A DNA stretch of 64,000 nucleotides from an uncultured Planctomycetia bacterium. GTDB taxonomy: Bacteria > Omnitrophota > Gorgyraeia > Tantalellales > Tantalellaceae. Every line of letters begins with the position of its first letter. The first letter of the stretch is position 1. The notes under the pieces are model-generated. The model made no database searches. It saw only the letters and a program-made list of their open reading frames with translations, and had not been told where the DNA came from. The position numbers and the translations under genes are program-made. Shown here in pieces: positions 20,576 to 30,155 of the stretch. The DNA lies in assembly GCA_964409365.1 (NCBI GenBank), contig CAYPCX010000001.1, positions 684 through 64,683 on the forward strand, given 5' to 3'.

Positions 20576-21337
20576 ATGAGTATTAGAATACTTTCCTGGA
20601 ACGTTAACGGTATACGGTCGGTCGCGGAAAAAGGCTTTTTGGACCAGCTGAAGAAAGAATCTCCCGATATCCTTTGTCTGCAGGAGACAAAGGCCTACCC
20701 TGAACAGCTGGAGAAAGGCCTGGCATCCCCCAAAGGGTACATGACCTACTGGAACAATCCCGAACGTAAAGGGTACGCGGGTGTGGCCGTATTTTCGAAA
20801 AAAAAGCCCGTTTCGGTAGAAAAAGATTTTCCGCCCAAAGGTTTCGATACCGAGGGGAGGGCGCTAATCCTTGACTACAAGGACTTTATCCTGATGAACG
20901 TGTATTTCCCCAACGGGCGGATGGGGCCGGACCGCCTGGAATATAAAATGGAGTTCTATGACGCCTTTCTCGAGTTTGCCGACGGCGTAAAGAACAGGAG
21001 CATCGTGATCTGCGGCGATCTCAACACGGCCCATAAGGCGATTGACCTTGCCCGTCCGGAAGCGAACGAGATGTTCTCGGGGTTCCTCCCGGAAGAAAGG
21101 GCATGGATGGACAAGTTCGTGGACCACGGCTACGTCGACACCTTCAGGCACTTCAACGCCGAAAGCGGCCATTATTCTTACTGGGACTTCAAGACAAGGG
21201 CCCGCGAGAGGAACGTGGGCTGGAGGATAGATTATTTTTTCGTGACTGGAAAAATACTTCCCCGCGTCAAAAGCGCCTTTATTATGCCGGAAGTCATGGG
21301 TTCCGATCATTGCCCCGTCGGCATTGAACTTTCATAA
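20576..21337 (+). CDS. xthA: Exodeoxyribonuclease III
   Basis: MSIRILSWNVNGIRS...ILCLQETK...GDLNTAH...SDHCPV are ExoIII/APE1-family motifs. Confidence 0.9.
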   Translation: MSIRILSWNVNGIRSVAEKGFLDQLKKESPDILCLQETKAYPEQLEKGLASPKGYMTYWNNPERKGYAGVAVFSKKKPVSVEKDFPPKGFDTEGRALILDYKDFILMNVYFPNGRMGPDRLEYKMEFYDAFLEFADGVKNRSIVICGDLNTAHKAIDLARPEANEMFSGFLPEERAWMDKFVDHGYVDTFRHFNAESGHYSYWDFKTRARERNVGWRIDYFFVTGKILPRVKSAFIMPEVMGSDHCPVGIELS

Positions 21338-21366
21338 GGATATATGAGCTGTTTTAGTACCGCACC

Positions 21367-21457
21367 GGAAAAGGAAAGAGTATCCCGGGCTCGGACAGTT
21401 TTTGCTTAGCCGCAGTATCAACAGCAAAAAAACTCGCACGGAACACTCTTTCCTTTT
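21367..21457 (+). terminator. Structured terminator-like repeat family 2, copy E (downstream of xthA)
   Basis: Outer stem aaaggaaagagt/actctttccttt is perfectly complementary, same inner core, T-rich after. Confidence 0.7.
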
Positions 21458-21488
21458 ACACAGTACTGCTCAAAGAGTCCATATACCC

Positions 21489-22817
21489 ATGATTAAAGAT
21501 GGATTTGACATGTCAAGAAATGTTCCGAAGTTGTTAATAGCGGATAAAAAGGGTGAGATCTTCGATGTCCCGCATCTGGAAGCCACGGGGATGAAGGGAG
21601 GGGAATATTTCCGTCTCGGCCGCGAAGACCTCGTGAAGCTCCATCCCGACAGCGAATTGTTCATGCTGCCGCACAGGAGGCCGGTCGGGTATGATCCCGG
21701 GGCAGGCCGGTTCGTGGAGCTGGAAAAAGCTCCCGTTTCCGGCAGGGACCGGCCGTGTTACGCGGTGTCGGCTTTTCTTGCCCCCGGGTACACGGTGACT
21801 TATAACGCTTCTTACCGCGAACGCGCGGGAACGAAGATACTCCCGCTTTTCAGTTATGCCGCCGTCGCTTTCTATAAAGGGGAGTTCTACGCGGCCGGTG
21901 TCCGCGTGGACAGGGAAAAACGCCAGGAGCTCGGCGGTATGGACTTAGGTCTTATCCGCAGGAATGTAAAGGCCTTTCGTAAGATATTCCCTAAGAACCG
22001 CCTGGTCAGGCACCTTGAGAGGTGCGCGCTTGTCTACGGCTGTCCCGCGGCAAGGAATTTCTTCCTCAAGAGATATGAATGTCCCCTGCCGACCTCGCCG
22101 ACCTGTAACGCCAGGTGCATCGGGTGCATATCATACCAAAAAGGGAGGGACTGTTCCGTTACCCAGCCCAGGATACTTTTCGTGCCTACCCCGGAAGAGG
22201 TCGCGGAGATCGCGCTTTTCCATATCGAAAAAGTGAAAGATCCCGTGGTAAGTTTCGGCCAGGGGTGTGAGGGCGAGCCGTTGATGGTGGGGAACGTGCT
22301 GGTGGACTCGGTAAAACTTATAAGGAAAAAGACCGCCAAAGGCATGATCAATCTCAACACGAACGCCAGCAAGCCGGACGTTATAAACCGGCTTTTTGAC
22401 GAAGGGCTGGATTCTATCCGCGTCAGCATGAACAGTTTTCGCCGGCCGTATTACGATGCTTATTATATCCCCAGAGGTTACGCGTTCAGTGACGTCCTTT
22501 CGTCCATACGAGAGGCCGGGAAGAGGGGAGGGTTCGTCTCGATCAACTATCTGGTGATGCCCGGGTTCAACGATTCACGGCCGGAAGTGAACGCCCTGCG
22601 CCGTTTTCTTGATAAAAGAGGAGCGGATATGATACAATGGCGCAACCTTAATTACGACCCGCTCAGGTATTTCAGGAGACTGCGGGTTTTCGTTAAAAGA
22701 GAGGAGATGATGGGGATAGATACCCTTATAGGTATGGTCAAAGATGAGTATCCGGGTATGATGCACGGGTATTTTAATCCCTCGAAAGGAAGGATGCGCC
22801 GCCACAGGTCGATATGA
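21489..22817 (+). CDS. Radical SAM domain protein with an N-terminal extension (function unknown)
   Basis: CNARCIGC (Cx3Cx2C) radical-SAM cluster motif in the middle of a 443 aa protein. The ORF-track start at 21402 reads through a repeat element; the ATG at 21489 is preferred. Confidence 0.65.
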   Translation: MIKDGFDMSRNVPKLLIADKKGEIFDVPHLEATGMKGGEYFRLGREDLVKLHPDSELFMLPHRRPVGYDPGAGRFVELEKAPVSGRDRPCYAVSAFLAPGYTVTYNASYRERAGTKILPLFSYAAVAFYKGEFYAAGVRVDREKRQELGGMDLGLIRRNVKAFRKIFPKNRLVRHLERCALVYGCPAARNFFLKRYECPLPTSPTCNARCIGCISYQKGRDCSVTQPRILFVPTPEEVAEIALFHIEKVKDPVVSFGQGCEGEPLMVGNVLVDSVKLIRKKTAKGMINLNTNASKPDVINRLFDEGLDSIRVSMNSFRRPYYDAYYIPRGYAFSDVLSSIREAGKRGGFVSINYLVMPGFNDSRPEVNALRRFLDKRGADMIQWRNLNYDPLRYFRRLRVFVKREEMMGIDTLIGMVKDEYPGMMHGYFNPSKGRMRRHRSI

Positions 22818-23725
22818 GGAAGTACGGGTATTGTCTTATATTTTTGTTGCTTACGTTTATTGCCGGCTGTACAGTCCGGGAAGAACCTATCGTGGTGCAG
22901 GTGGACGCCAAGGCCGCGGTGATCGCCGAGGCGAAGAACGGGGAAGTGCTGTACGAGAAGGATCCCGGTAAAAGATACCCGCCCGCTTCGACGACAAAAG
23001 TGATGACGGCTATTGTAGCCATAGAGAAGATGTCGCTTAACAAGTATATCAAAGCGGGCAAAAAAGTGAGTAAAGTGGAACCGACGGTAGCCGGGCTCGA
23101 GCCGGGGGTCAAATATCGCTTGAAGGACCTTCTTGCCGCCATACTCATCAAATCCGCCAACGACGCCGCTCTGGCCATAGCCGAAGGGGTAGCGGGCAGC
23201 GAGGAGAAATTCGTCCGCCTCATGAACACCAGGGCCAGGAAACTGGGCATGGATGACACATATTTTGCCACTCCTTCGGGGCTCCCGACCGGGAAAAAGG
23301 ACTCGCAATACACGACCGCGCGCGACCTGGCCAAAATGATGCGTTACGCCAGGCGTTACGAGATCATTCTTGAACTTATGGCGCAGAAGGAAGCGGACAT
23401 ATACGGATCGGATGGCAGGAAAATACACCTGAAGACGCATAATAAATCCCTCTTCTGGAGCGACGACGCTCCCTGGGGCAAGACGGGATATACCAGGGAA
23501 GCGCGCCGGACCTTCGTCGGGATAGACCCTTCACTTAAGCCCAGGATAGTGTTCTCCCTTCTTAAATCCGATGATCTCTGGAAAGACATCACCATGCTTA
23601 AGAATAAGGGGCTCGAACTGTACGAACGCAAGCACAGGACCTTCTTGTCCGACCTTATTGACTGGATAAGTTCTCAAAGGCGACGCGGCCGCGAAGCGCT
23701 AAAACTGCTGTATTCCACGACCTGA
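22814..23725 (+). CDS. D-alanyl-D-alanine carboxypeptidase (peptidase S11, PBP5/6-like)
   Basis: Signal peptide/lipobox-like N-terminus and SxxK (ASTTK), SxN (SANDAA) and KTG (GKTGYT) motifs. Confidence 0.8.
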   Translation: MRKYGYCLIFLLLTFIAGCTVREEPIVVQVDAKAAVIAEAKNGEVLYEKDPGKRYPPASTTKVMTAIVAIEKMSLNKYIKAGKKVSKVEPTVAGLEPGVKYRLKDLLAAILIKSANDAALAIAEGVAGSEEKFVRLMNTRARKLGMDDTYFATPSGLPTGKKDSQYTTARDLAKMMRYARRYEIILELMAQKEADIYGSDGRKIHLKTHNKSLFWSDDAPWGKTGYTREARRTFVGIDPSLKPRIVFSLLKSDDLWKDITMLKNKGLELYERKHRTFLSDLIDWISSQRRRGREALKLLYSTT

Positions 23726-23794
23726 CACCGGGACAGCTCTCGGATTTCTCCTCATAAGGGATAATCCACATTCCTCATTCGCCCGGGATTTTTT

Positions 23795-23826
23795 AACCCT
23801 GTTAGAGAGTACTCTCTAACAGGGTT
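23795..23826 (+). promoter_or_regulatory. Perfect 32-bp palindrome aaccctgttagagagtactctctaacagggtt (terminator or protein-binding site)
   Basis: Fully self-complementary, followed 5 nt later by a T5 run. Located 70 nt downstream of the carboxypeptidase gene. Confidence 0.6.
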
Positions 23827-23853
23827 AATGCGTTTTTCTAACTGTTTCAAAGG

Positions 23854-23917
23854 GCGTAAAAGAACTCCCCAGCACTAATTTTGCAAAAATTAATGCTGGC
23901 TCAAACAGCTTTTACGC
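23854..23917 (+). other. Nested hairpin element (gcgtaaaag...[cagcactaattttgcaaaaattaatgctg]...cttttacgc)
   Basis: Outer 9-bp stem enclosing a 13-bp inner stem-loop, followed by tttttcc. Confidence 0.5.
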
Positions 23918-24300
23918 TTTTTCCTTTAAAAAGTTATAAAAACGCTAAAATCCCGGAACGCTCATTCGGAACATGGCTTATCCCTCTTGAGACGAAAGAC
24001 GTTTTCGCTGTCTACTATAGTTTTTATCTTGACTGATAAGGGTGTAAGCAGCTTTCGAGTGAATGTGATTTTCAGCTGAATTTTATAACTGTTTTGGGAA
24101 TCCTGCACCGAAAAGGTGCAGGGCGCCGTCATCCTGTTAAGGCCGAGTTCTGCCGGCGCCAAAATCAGTTCGAAAATTCAGCGTAAAGAAAATCGCTCTG
24201 AACGAGAAAAGTTGCTTATACCCTTGTAAGGCAGAAGAAAACAGGAAGCTGGCCCTTATTTTGCCCGGCCTGTGACCTGACACCCGACACCTGAATTATC

Positions 24301-24330
24301 TTGACTAATATATATAATTAAAAGTAATAT
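24301..24330 (+). promoter_or_regulatory. Sigma70-like promoter (TTGACT, 18 nt spacer, TAATAT) directly upstream of the GH57-glgA fusion
   Basis: The -10 hexamer ends 8 nt before the ATG at 24339 and there is no Shine-Dalgarno sequence, suggesting a leaderless or near-leaderless transcript. Confidence 0.4.
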
Positions 24331-24338
24331 ATTGCCCT

Positions 24339-27300
24339 ATGGAGAAAACATTTTCGGTGGCGTTCCTCTGGCACATGCACCAGCCCATGTACAAGGACCT
24401 TGTGACGGGCAGGTATCATCTTCCCTGGATACGTCTGCACTCCACATATTCATATCTCGATATGCCCTCCATATTGGAGGAGTTCCCGGATATAAAAGCG
24501 ACCTTCAACCTTACGCCTTCTCTCATATGGCAGCTCCGGGACATGTCGTCGGAAGAAAGAATAGATGATGTTTATCTTGATCTCTCGGAGAAGGCCGCGC
24601 GTGAACTTACCGAAGAAGATAAGTGCTTCCTTCTGAAGAACTTCTTCTCATGCGATATGAGCAGGGGGGATTTCCCGCTGAAAAGGTACAAGGACCTCTT
24701 CTTGAGGAGAGGGGAGGACCTGAAAGAGGCCGCGCTCAGAAAAAAGATAAAGAATTTCAGCAACAATGATTTCAGGGACCTGCAGGTCTTTTTTAACCTG
24801 ATCTGGTGCGGTTTTACCTTGAGGAAGAAAGACGGCCTTGTAAAAGAACTCATGCATAAAGGACACGGCTACAGGGAAGATGAGAAAAAGGCGCTTCTCG
24901 GCCGGCAGAAAGAGGTGGTAGGTTCCATTATACCGCTATATAAGCGGCTGCAGGACGAAGGCAGGATAGAGATATCGACATCGCCGTTCTACCATCCCAT
25001 CATGCCGCTTCTGTGCCGCGGCAGATCGAAGGAAGGGTTCGATTTCCGCCAGGACCTGGAAATACAGGTTTCGAGGGCCGTTGAACTGTGCGAAGAGGTG
25101 TTCGGCAGGAAACCGGCCGGCATGTGGCCATCCGAGGGAAGCGTGAGCCAGGATATCATACCCGTCATGGCGGAGAACGGGATAAAGTGGATAGCCACGG
25201 ACGAGGGTATATTACAGGAATCTTTCAAAGGCGAGGGTGTCCCGCGCGACGAGCTGATCTACAAGGCGTTCACCGTGGAAGAGAACGGCAGGAAGCTGGA
25301 CATGGTCTTCAGGGACATCAATATATCCAACGCCATAAGTTTCAGGTACGCGAGCCTCGCCGCGGAAAAAGCTTCCGGAGAGATGCTCGAAGATATCAGG
25401 GGCATCGCGCGGGTCATGGAGACGCGTGAAGGGGAACATGTCGCGGCGGTGATACTTGACGGGGAGAACCCGTGGCCTTATTACCCGGACGGCGGGAAAA
25501 AGTTCCTCTCGGAAGTGTACGGCCGGCTTTCTTCGGAAAAAGATATCAAGACCGTTACGGTCGGGGGTTATCTGGCTTCACACGGCGAACGGAAAAAGAT
25601 CGACAAGCTCTATGCCGGTTCCTGGATAGACAGGAATTTCCGAAAGTGGATAGGTTCTCCCCAGAAGAACAAGGCCTGGGAGTATCTGGAGAAGACCAGG
25701 AAGGAACTTCTGGGTTCCGGCCGCCCCGACGGAAAAGCCCTTGAAGAGCTTTATATAGCGGAAGGCAGCGACTGGTTCTGGTGGTATGACGACTTCGGCA
25801 GCGAACTCAATTTCGTTTTTGACGACCTTTTTAGGCTGCATCTGGCGAACGTCTACAGGATCATGGGGAGGAAAGTGCCGCATTATCTTGAAAAACCCAT
25901 AATCGCCGGGCCGACGGCCCGGAAGTTGCCGGAAGCCGCGGGACCGATGGAGATGGCGCGTTACCCGAAGGTACTTTTCGTTTCCTCGGAGGTGTTCCCG
26001 TTCTCAAAGACGGGAGGCCTGGCGGATGTTTCCGCCAGTTTACCCGGGGAACTGGCTTCGCTGGGCTGTGAAGTAAGGGTCATGACGCCGTTCTACAGGT
26101 GCGTAGCGAAGGGTAGATTCGGCATAGAAAGAGAAACGCGGAGGATAAAAGGCGAGATCATGGGCCGCATGCCCGGGTTCGACCTTTATTCCCGCAAGAG
26201 CGGCGGGGTGATCACATATTTCATAGCTAACAGGAAATATTTCGCCCGCAGGGGATTATACGGTTCGAGTAAGGGGGACTACAGGGACAACGGCCTCCGG
26301 TTCGGCTTTTTCGCAAGAGCCGTTCTCGCCGCGCTCAAGGCCGTCAACTTCAAACCTGATGTCATACACTGCAACGACTGGCAAACGGCGCTCATACCGT
26401 TCTATCTCATGTTCGGTTTGAGAGAGGACGATCTTTTCAGGGACGCGGGCACGCTTTTCACCATCCACAACATGGCCTACCAGGGGGTCTTCAGTAAGAA
26501 AATAATGAAGAAGCTGGGCATTCCCGAAAGGCTCTTTAACATGAACGACCTGGAGTTCTACGGAAAGGTCAATTTCATGAAATCCGGGATACTTTATTCC
26601 GATGCCGTGAGCACGGTGAGCCACAAGTACGCGGAGGAGATAATGACCCCGGAATACGGCTGCGGCCTGGACGGACTTTTGAGGACCAGAAAAGACGTGC
26701 TTTACGGGATACCTAACGGCGTCGATTATTCGGTCTGGAGCCCGAAAGCCGACCGGTTCATCAGCGACAATTACGACGCGGGAAGCGTCGATAAAAAGCT
26801 AGATTGCAAGAGAGACCTTCTCGATCATGTCCAGCTGAAAGTCCCGCTTGACAAGCCGCTTCTGGGCTGTGTGACGCGCCTGGCGGAGCAAAAGGGCATG
26901 GACCTTTTAGCCGGCATCGTGGAAAAAATAGTGCAAACGGGCGCGGGAATGGTGGTCCTGGGCAGGGGCAGCCGGTACTATAACAACCTTTTTCACGGCC
27001 TGGCCAGGAAGTATCCTCAGAACGTGTATGCCTGCAGTGATTTCAACGACGAGCTCGCGCATAAGATAGAGGCGGGGTGCGATATTTTCGTGATGCCGTC
27101 GCGTTATGAGCCCTGCGGGCTCAACCACATGTACAGCATAAAATACGGTACAATACCCGTGGTAAGAGCGACCGGCGGACTGGACGACGTGATAATCGAC
27201 TTTGACGAGGACCGGGACCATGGTAACGGTTTCAAGTTCGGTCCCGCGGAAGGGGAAGCCCTTTTAAAGGCCATTAAAAGGGCCGTTGACGTCTATGGCG

Positions 27301-27425
27301 ACAAAGGCCTTTGGAGAAAGCTCATGGTCCAGGCCATGGGATATGATTTTTCGTGGGCGCGTTCAGCCAAACAATACCTCCAACTATACAAAAAAATAAT
27401 GGAAGAGAGAACAAGTGAAAGCTGA
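24339..27425 (+). CDS. glgA: Fusion protein: N-terminal glycoside hydrolase family 57 domain plus C-terminal GT5 glycogen synthase (GlgA)
   Basis: Residues 1 to about 520 carry the GH57 signature (FLWHMHQPMYKD..., DGENPW, WFWW). Residues from about 545 to 1028 are a full GlgA with the KTGGLADV motif (FSKTGGLADV) and C-terminal GT-B motifs. It is one uninterrupted ORF. Confidence 0.85.
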   Translation: MEKTFSVAFLWHMHQPMYKDLVTGRYHLPWIRLHSTYSYLDMPSILEEFPDIKATFNLTPSLIWQLRDMSSEERIDDVYLDLSEKAARELTEEDKCFLLKNFFSCDMSRGDFPLKRYKDLFLRRGEDLKEAALRKKIKNFSNNDFRDLQVFFNLIWCGFTLRKKDGLVKELMHKGHGYREDEKKALLGRQKEVVGSIIPLYKRLQDEGRIEISTSPFYHPIMPLLCRGRSKEGFDFRQDLEIQVSRAVELCEEVFGRKPAGMWPSEGSVSQDIIPVMAENGIKWIATDEGILQESFKGEGVPRDELIYKAFTVEENGRKLDMVFRDINISNAISFRYASLAAEKASGEMLEDIRGIARVMETREGEHVAAVILDGENPWPYYPDGGKKFLSEVYGRLSSEKDIKTVTVGGYLASHGERKKIDKLYAGSWIDRNFRKWIGSPQKNKAWEYLEKTRKELLGSGRPDGKALEELYIAEGSDWFWWYDDFGSELNFVFDDLFRLHLANVYRIMGRKVPHYLEKPIIAGPTARKLPEAAGPMEMARYPKVLFVSSEVFPFSKTGGLADVSASLPGELASLGCEVRVMTPFYRCVAKGRFGIERETRRIKGEIMGRMPGFDLYSRKSGGVITYFIANRKYFARRGLYGSSKGDYRDNGLRFGFFARAVLAALKAVNFKPDVIHCNDWQTALIPFYLMFGLREDDLFRDAGTLFTIHNMAYQGVFSKKIMKKLGIPERLFNMNDLEFYGKVNFMKSGILYSDAVSTVSHKYAEEIMTPEYGCGLDGLLRTRKDVLYGIPNGVDYSVWSPKADRFISDNYDAGSVDKKLDCKRDLLDHVQLKVPLDKPLLGCVTRLAEQKGMDLLAGIVEKIVQTGAGMVVLGRGSRYYNNLFHGLARKYPQNVYACSDFNDELAHKIEAGCDIFVMPSRYEPCGLNHMYSIKYGTIPVVRATGGLDDVIIDFDEDRDHGNGFKFGPAEGEALLKAIKRAVDVYGDKGLWRKLMVQAMGYDFSWARSAKQYLQLYKKIMEERTSES

Positions 27426-29454
27426 CCTGGCGATAGCGCTGCATTTTCACCAGCCGGTAGGCAACTTCGACCATATCATCGAACGGGCCTGCGACAAGTG
27501 CTATATCCCTTTTCTCGGGACGCTTAAGGAATACCCCGACATAAAGATGACCTTCCACTTTACCGGTTGTCTGCTGGAATGGGTGGAGAGAAAAAGACCC
27601 GAGCTGATCGCGGCCATACGCTCGATGGCCGGGAGCGGCCAGGTGGAGATCATGAGCGGGGGGTTCTATGAGCCGATACTCCCTTCGATCCCTCCGGAGG
27701 ACAGGATCTCGCAGATATCCATGCTGACGAGATATGTGAAGGAGAACTTCGGGTATGGACCGAAAGGGGCCTGGATCGCGGAAAGGGTGTGGGAACCGCA
27801 ATTGCCTTCGGTCCTTCATGATGCGGGCATAAAATACATCATACTGGATGACACCCATTTTCTTTGTTCCGGTATTACCAAAGACGCGACGTACGGTTAT
27901 TATATTACCGAGGATAACGCGAAACCCATCGCTGTTTTCCCGTCCGACAAGGTCCTAAGATATTATATTCCCTTCAAAATGCCGGCCGAGAGCATGGATT
28001 ACATGCGCCGTACTTTTCATGAGAAAGGAGGAGCGACCTTTATATACGGCGATGACGGCGAGAAGTTCGGCGAGTGGCCGGGCACCCACAAGTGGGTCTT
28101 CCAGGAGAAGTGGCTCGAGAAGTTCTTTGACGAGATCATGGCCAACCGCGGGTGGCTGAGCACGCTGACGCTTTCGGAATGCCTGGAAGAGAACGATCCG
28201 CTCGGGCGCGTGTACCTTCCCACTACTTCCTATGAAGAGATGCTTGAATGGTCAGGCGGTTTCTGGCGTAATTTTTTCGCCAGGTATCCTGAATCCAACC
28301 ACATGAATAAGAAGATGATCCATGTCAGCAGAAAGATGGAAGCGCTGCGCAAAAAAAAGAAAAAAGGCCCACGGCTTGCCGAGGCGGAAAAAGATCTCTT
28401 CCGCGGGCAGTGCAACTGCGCCTACTGGCACGGTATCTTCGGGGGGCTGTACCTCTTTCACCTGAGGAGGGCGATCTACCGCCACCTGATAAAGAGCGAG
28501 GCGGCGATGGACGGTCTTCTTTACGGGGGACGCCGGTTTTGCAGGACGACCGTGCTTGATCTTGATGCCGACGGGCACGACGAAGTGATAATGGAGAACA
28601 GGGAACTGGCCCTTTATCTGGCTCCGGCGGAGGGAGGCGCGCTGAAGGAACTCGATTCAAAAAAGGCCTGCCATAACTTTATCAATACCCTTGCCCGGAG
28701 GGAGGAGCCCTACCACAAGAAAATACTCGGAAAGGCCGGCCAAGTAGAAGGCTCGGCCGGCGGGGTCAGGACGATACATGACGATATACAGGTGTTTGAC
28801 GAGACACTGAAGGAAAACCTCGTCTATGACAGGTACGGGCGTTACGGTCTTATCGATCATTTCCTGGACGCGGGCGCCACGATCGAAACCTTTTCGCGGT
28901 GTGATCATAACGAGGCGGGAGATTTTGTCCGGGGGAATTATGCGTTTGAGGTGAAAAAATCCAGGAAAGGCAAAATATTGACCCTGAACAGAGAAGGACT
29001 GGTGGGACCCTACCCCGTAGAGCTCGTAAAGGAAGTGACCCTCCCGGTGGCGGGTTCTTCATTCCTTGTGAAATACGTCATTTTCAATAAAAGTGAAAAA
29101 GAACTCGACCTCGTGTTCGGGCCGGAGTTCAACATCACGATGCCGGATTCCGATTCAGAAAGGTACACCCTTTGCGTAGATGACAGGGAAGAAGGCAGCC
29201 GTCTTACCGCCCGTGTCGCGTATAACGATGTCGGCAAGGTGGTTATCCGGGACGCCCAGGGTGAACTCTCTTTTGAACTTAAACCCAGCCGGAGGTGCCG
29301 GTTATGGCATTTTCCGGTAAGGACGGTCTCCCAGTCGGAGAAGGCATATGAGTTGAATTACCAGGGATCGTCCATCTTTCCGCACCTCGGGATCCGGCTT
29401 GGCCCGGGAGCCAGGGACGGGTTCGATCTCGGGGTTAATATTTTACCCCATTAG
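27415..29454 (+). CDS. GH57 family glycosyl hydrolase (4-alpha-glucanotransferase / amylopullulanase-like, with C-terminal DUF1926-type domain)
   Basis: N-terminus IALHFHQPVGNFDHII is the typical GH57 start. 679 aa. Overlaps the upstream gene by 11 nt. Confidence 0.75.
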   Translation: MKADLAIALHFHQPVGNFDHIIERACDKCYIPFLGTLKEYPDIKMTFHFTGCLLEWVERKRPELIAAIRSMAGSGQVEIMSGGFYEPILPSIPPEDRISQISMLTRYVKENFGYGPKGAWIAERVWEPQLPSVLHDAGIKYIILDDTHFLCSGITKDATYGYYITEDNAKPIAVFPSDKVLRYYIPFKMPAESMDYMRRTFHEKGGATFIYGDDGEKFGEWPGTHKWVFQEKWLEKFFDEIMANRGWLSTLTLSECLEENDPLGRVYLPTTSYEEMLEWSGGFWRNFFARYPESNHMNKKMIHVSRKMEALRKKKKKGPRLAEAEKDLFRGQCNCAYWHGIFGGLYLFHLRRAIYRHLIKSEAAMDGLLYGGRRFCRTTVLDLDADGHDEVIMENRELALYLAPAEGGALKELDSKKACHNFINTLARREEPYHKKILGKAGQVEGSAGGVRTIHDDIQVFDETLKENLVYDRYGRYGLIDHFLDAGATIETFSRCDHNEAGDFVRGNYAFEVKKSRKGKILTLNREGLVGPYPVELVKEVTLPVAGSSFLVKYVIFNKSEKELDLVFGPEFNITMPDSDSERYTLCVDDREEGSRLTARVAYNDVGKVVIRDAQGELSFELKPSRRCRLWHFPVRTVSQSEKAYELNYQGSSIFPHLGIRLGPGARDGFDLGVNILPH

Positions 29455-29531
29455 TATATAAGATTTATATTGACGGTTAAAGCCCGGAGAGTTAAAATCT
29501 AATACGCGATAAGTTTAATAGGCGCACGCCC

Positions 29532-30155
29532 TTGACATATTTTTTTCAACTGAAAGAGGCCTGGATGGAAAAACCGCATGCTTCAGCCGATCATTCAACG
29601 ATCCGCGACATCCCGCACGGTTATGGTGATAACAGGATAGTATTGATGGCGCGAGACCCCTGGACGCTTTTTTCTTACTGGGAAGTAGCAAAAAAAGTCG
29701 AAGATGAAGTAAAGCGGAAGATAAACGAGAACGGCGAGACACCGGACAAAAGCCTCCTCCGCGTGTACGATGTGACCGGCTGCGCTTCGGATGCAGAGTA
29801 CGAAGTCCTCTTCGACTTCGAACTGAGGGACTGGGCCAACAACTGGTATATACATGCCGGCCGGCCCGGTAGAGAATGGATGGCCGATATAGGGATATTG
29901 TCGTCTTCCGGCAGGTTTTACACGCTCGCCAGGTCCAACGTTGTCAAGAGTCCCGTTTACGGCATGTCCGGGGAATACGACGAAGAGTGGATGTGCCCCG
30001 AAGACCTCTACTATAAAATGTTCGCTTTCGATGTGGGGAAAAGCTCCATGGAGATGAAGGAGATACTGAACCGCCATCTCAGGGGCTGGTTCTTTTCCGG
30101 AGGGATATCCTCGGGCATGTTCGGCAGCGGAGAACTTTTCACGCATAAAAGGTGA
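29532..30155 (+). CDS. DUF4912-like protein (GH57-associated)
   Basis: RIVLMARDPWTLFSYWEV motif and an approximately 200 aa size are consistent with the DUF4912 family that co-occurs with GH57 glgB. The assignment is from memory, not a search. Confidence 0.4.
   Translation: MTYFFQLKEAWMEKPHASADHSTIRDIPHGYGDNRIVLMARDPWTLFSYWEVAKKVEDEVKRKINENGETPDKSLLRVYDVTGCASDAEYEVLFDFELRDWANNWYIHAGRPGREWMADIGILSSSGRFYTLARSNVVKSPVYGMSGEYDEEWMCPEDLYYKMFAFDVGKSSMEMKEILNRHLRGWFFSGGISSGMFGSGELFTHKR

Noticed and set aside
24160-24200. tRNA-like T-loop motif (cagttcgaaaattcag) in the 613-bp spacer
   Set aside because: No acceptor or anticodon stems can be built around it. Not a tRNA.
23726-24338. tmRNA, RNase P, SRP or 6S RNA in the long intergenic regions (also 56487-57116)
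   Set aside because: None of the conserved core motifs (e.g. RNase P GGAAAGUCCGG, tmRNA tag-ORF/CCA end, SRP GGUGCUGUUU...GNRA) are present. A covariance-model scan would be needed to exclude other families.
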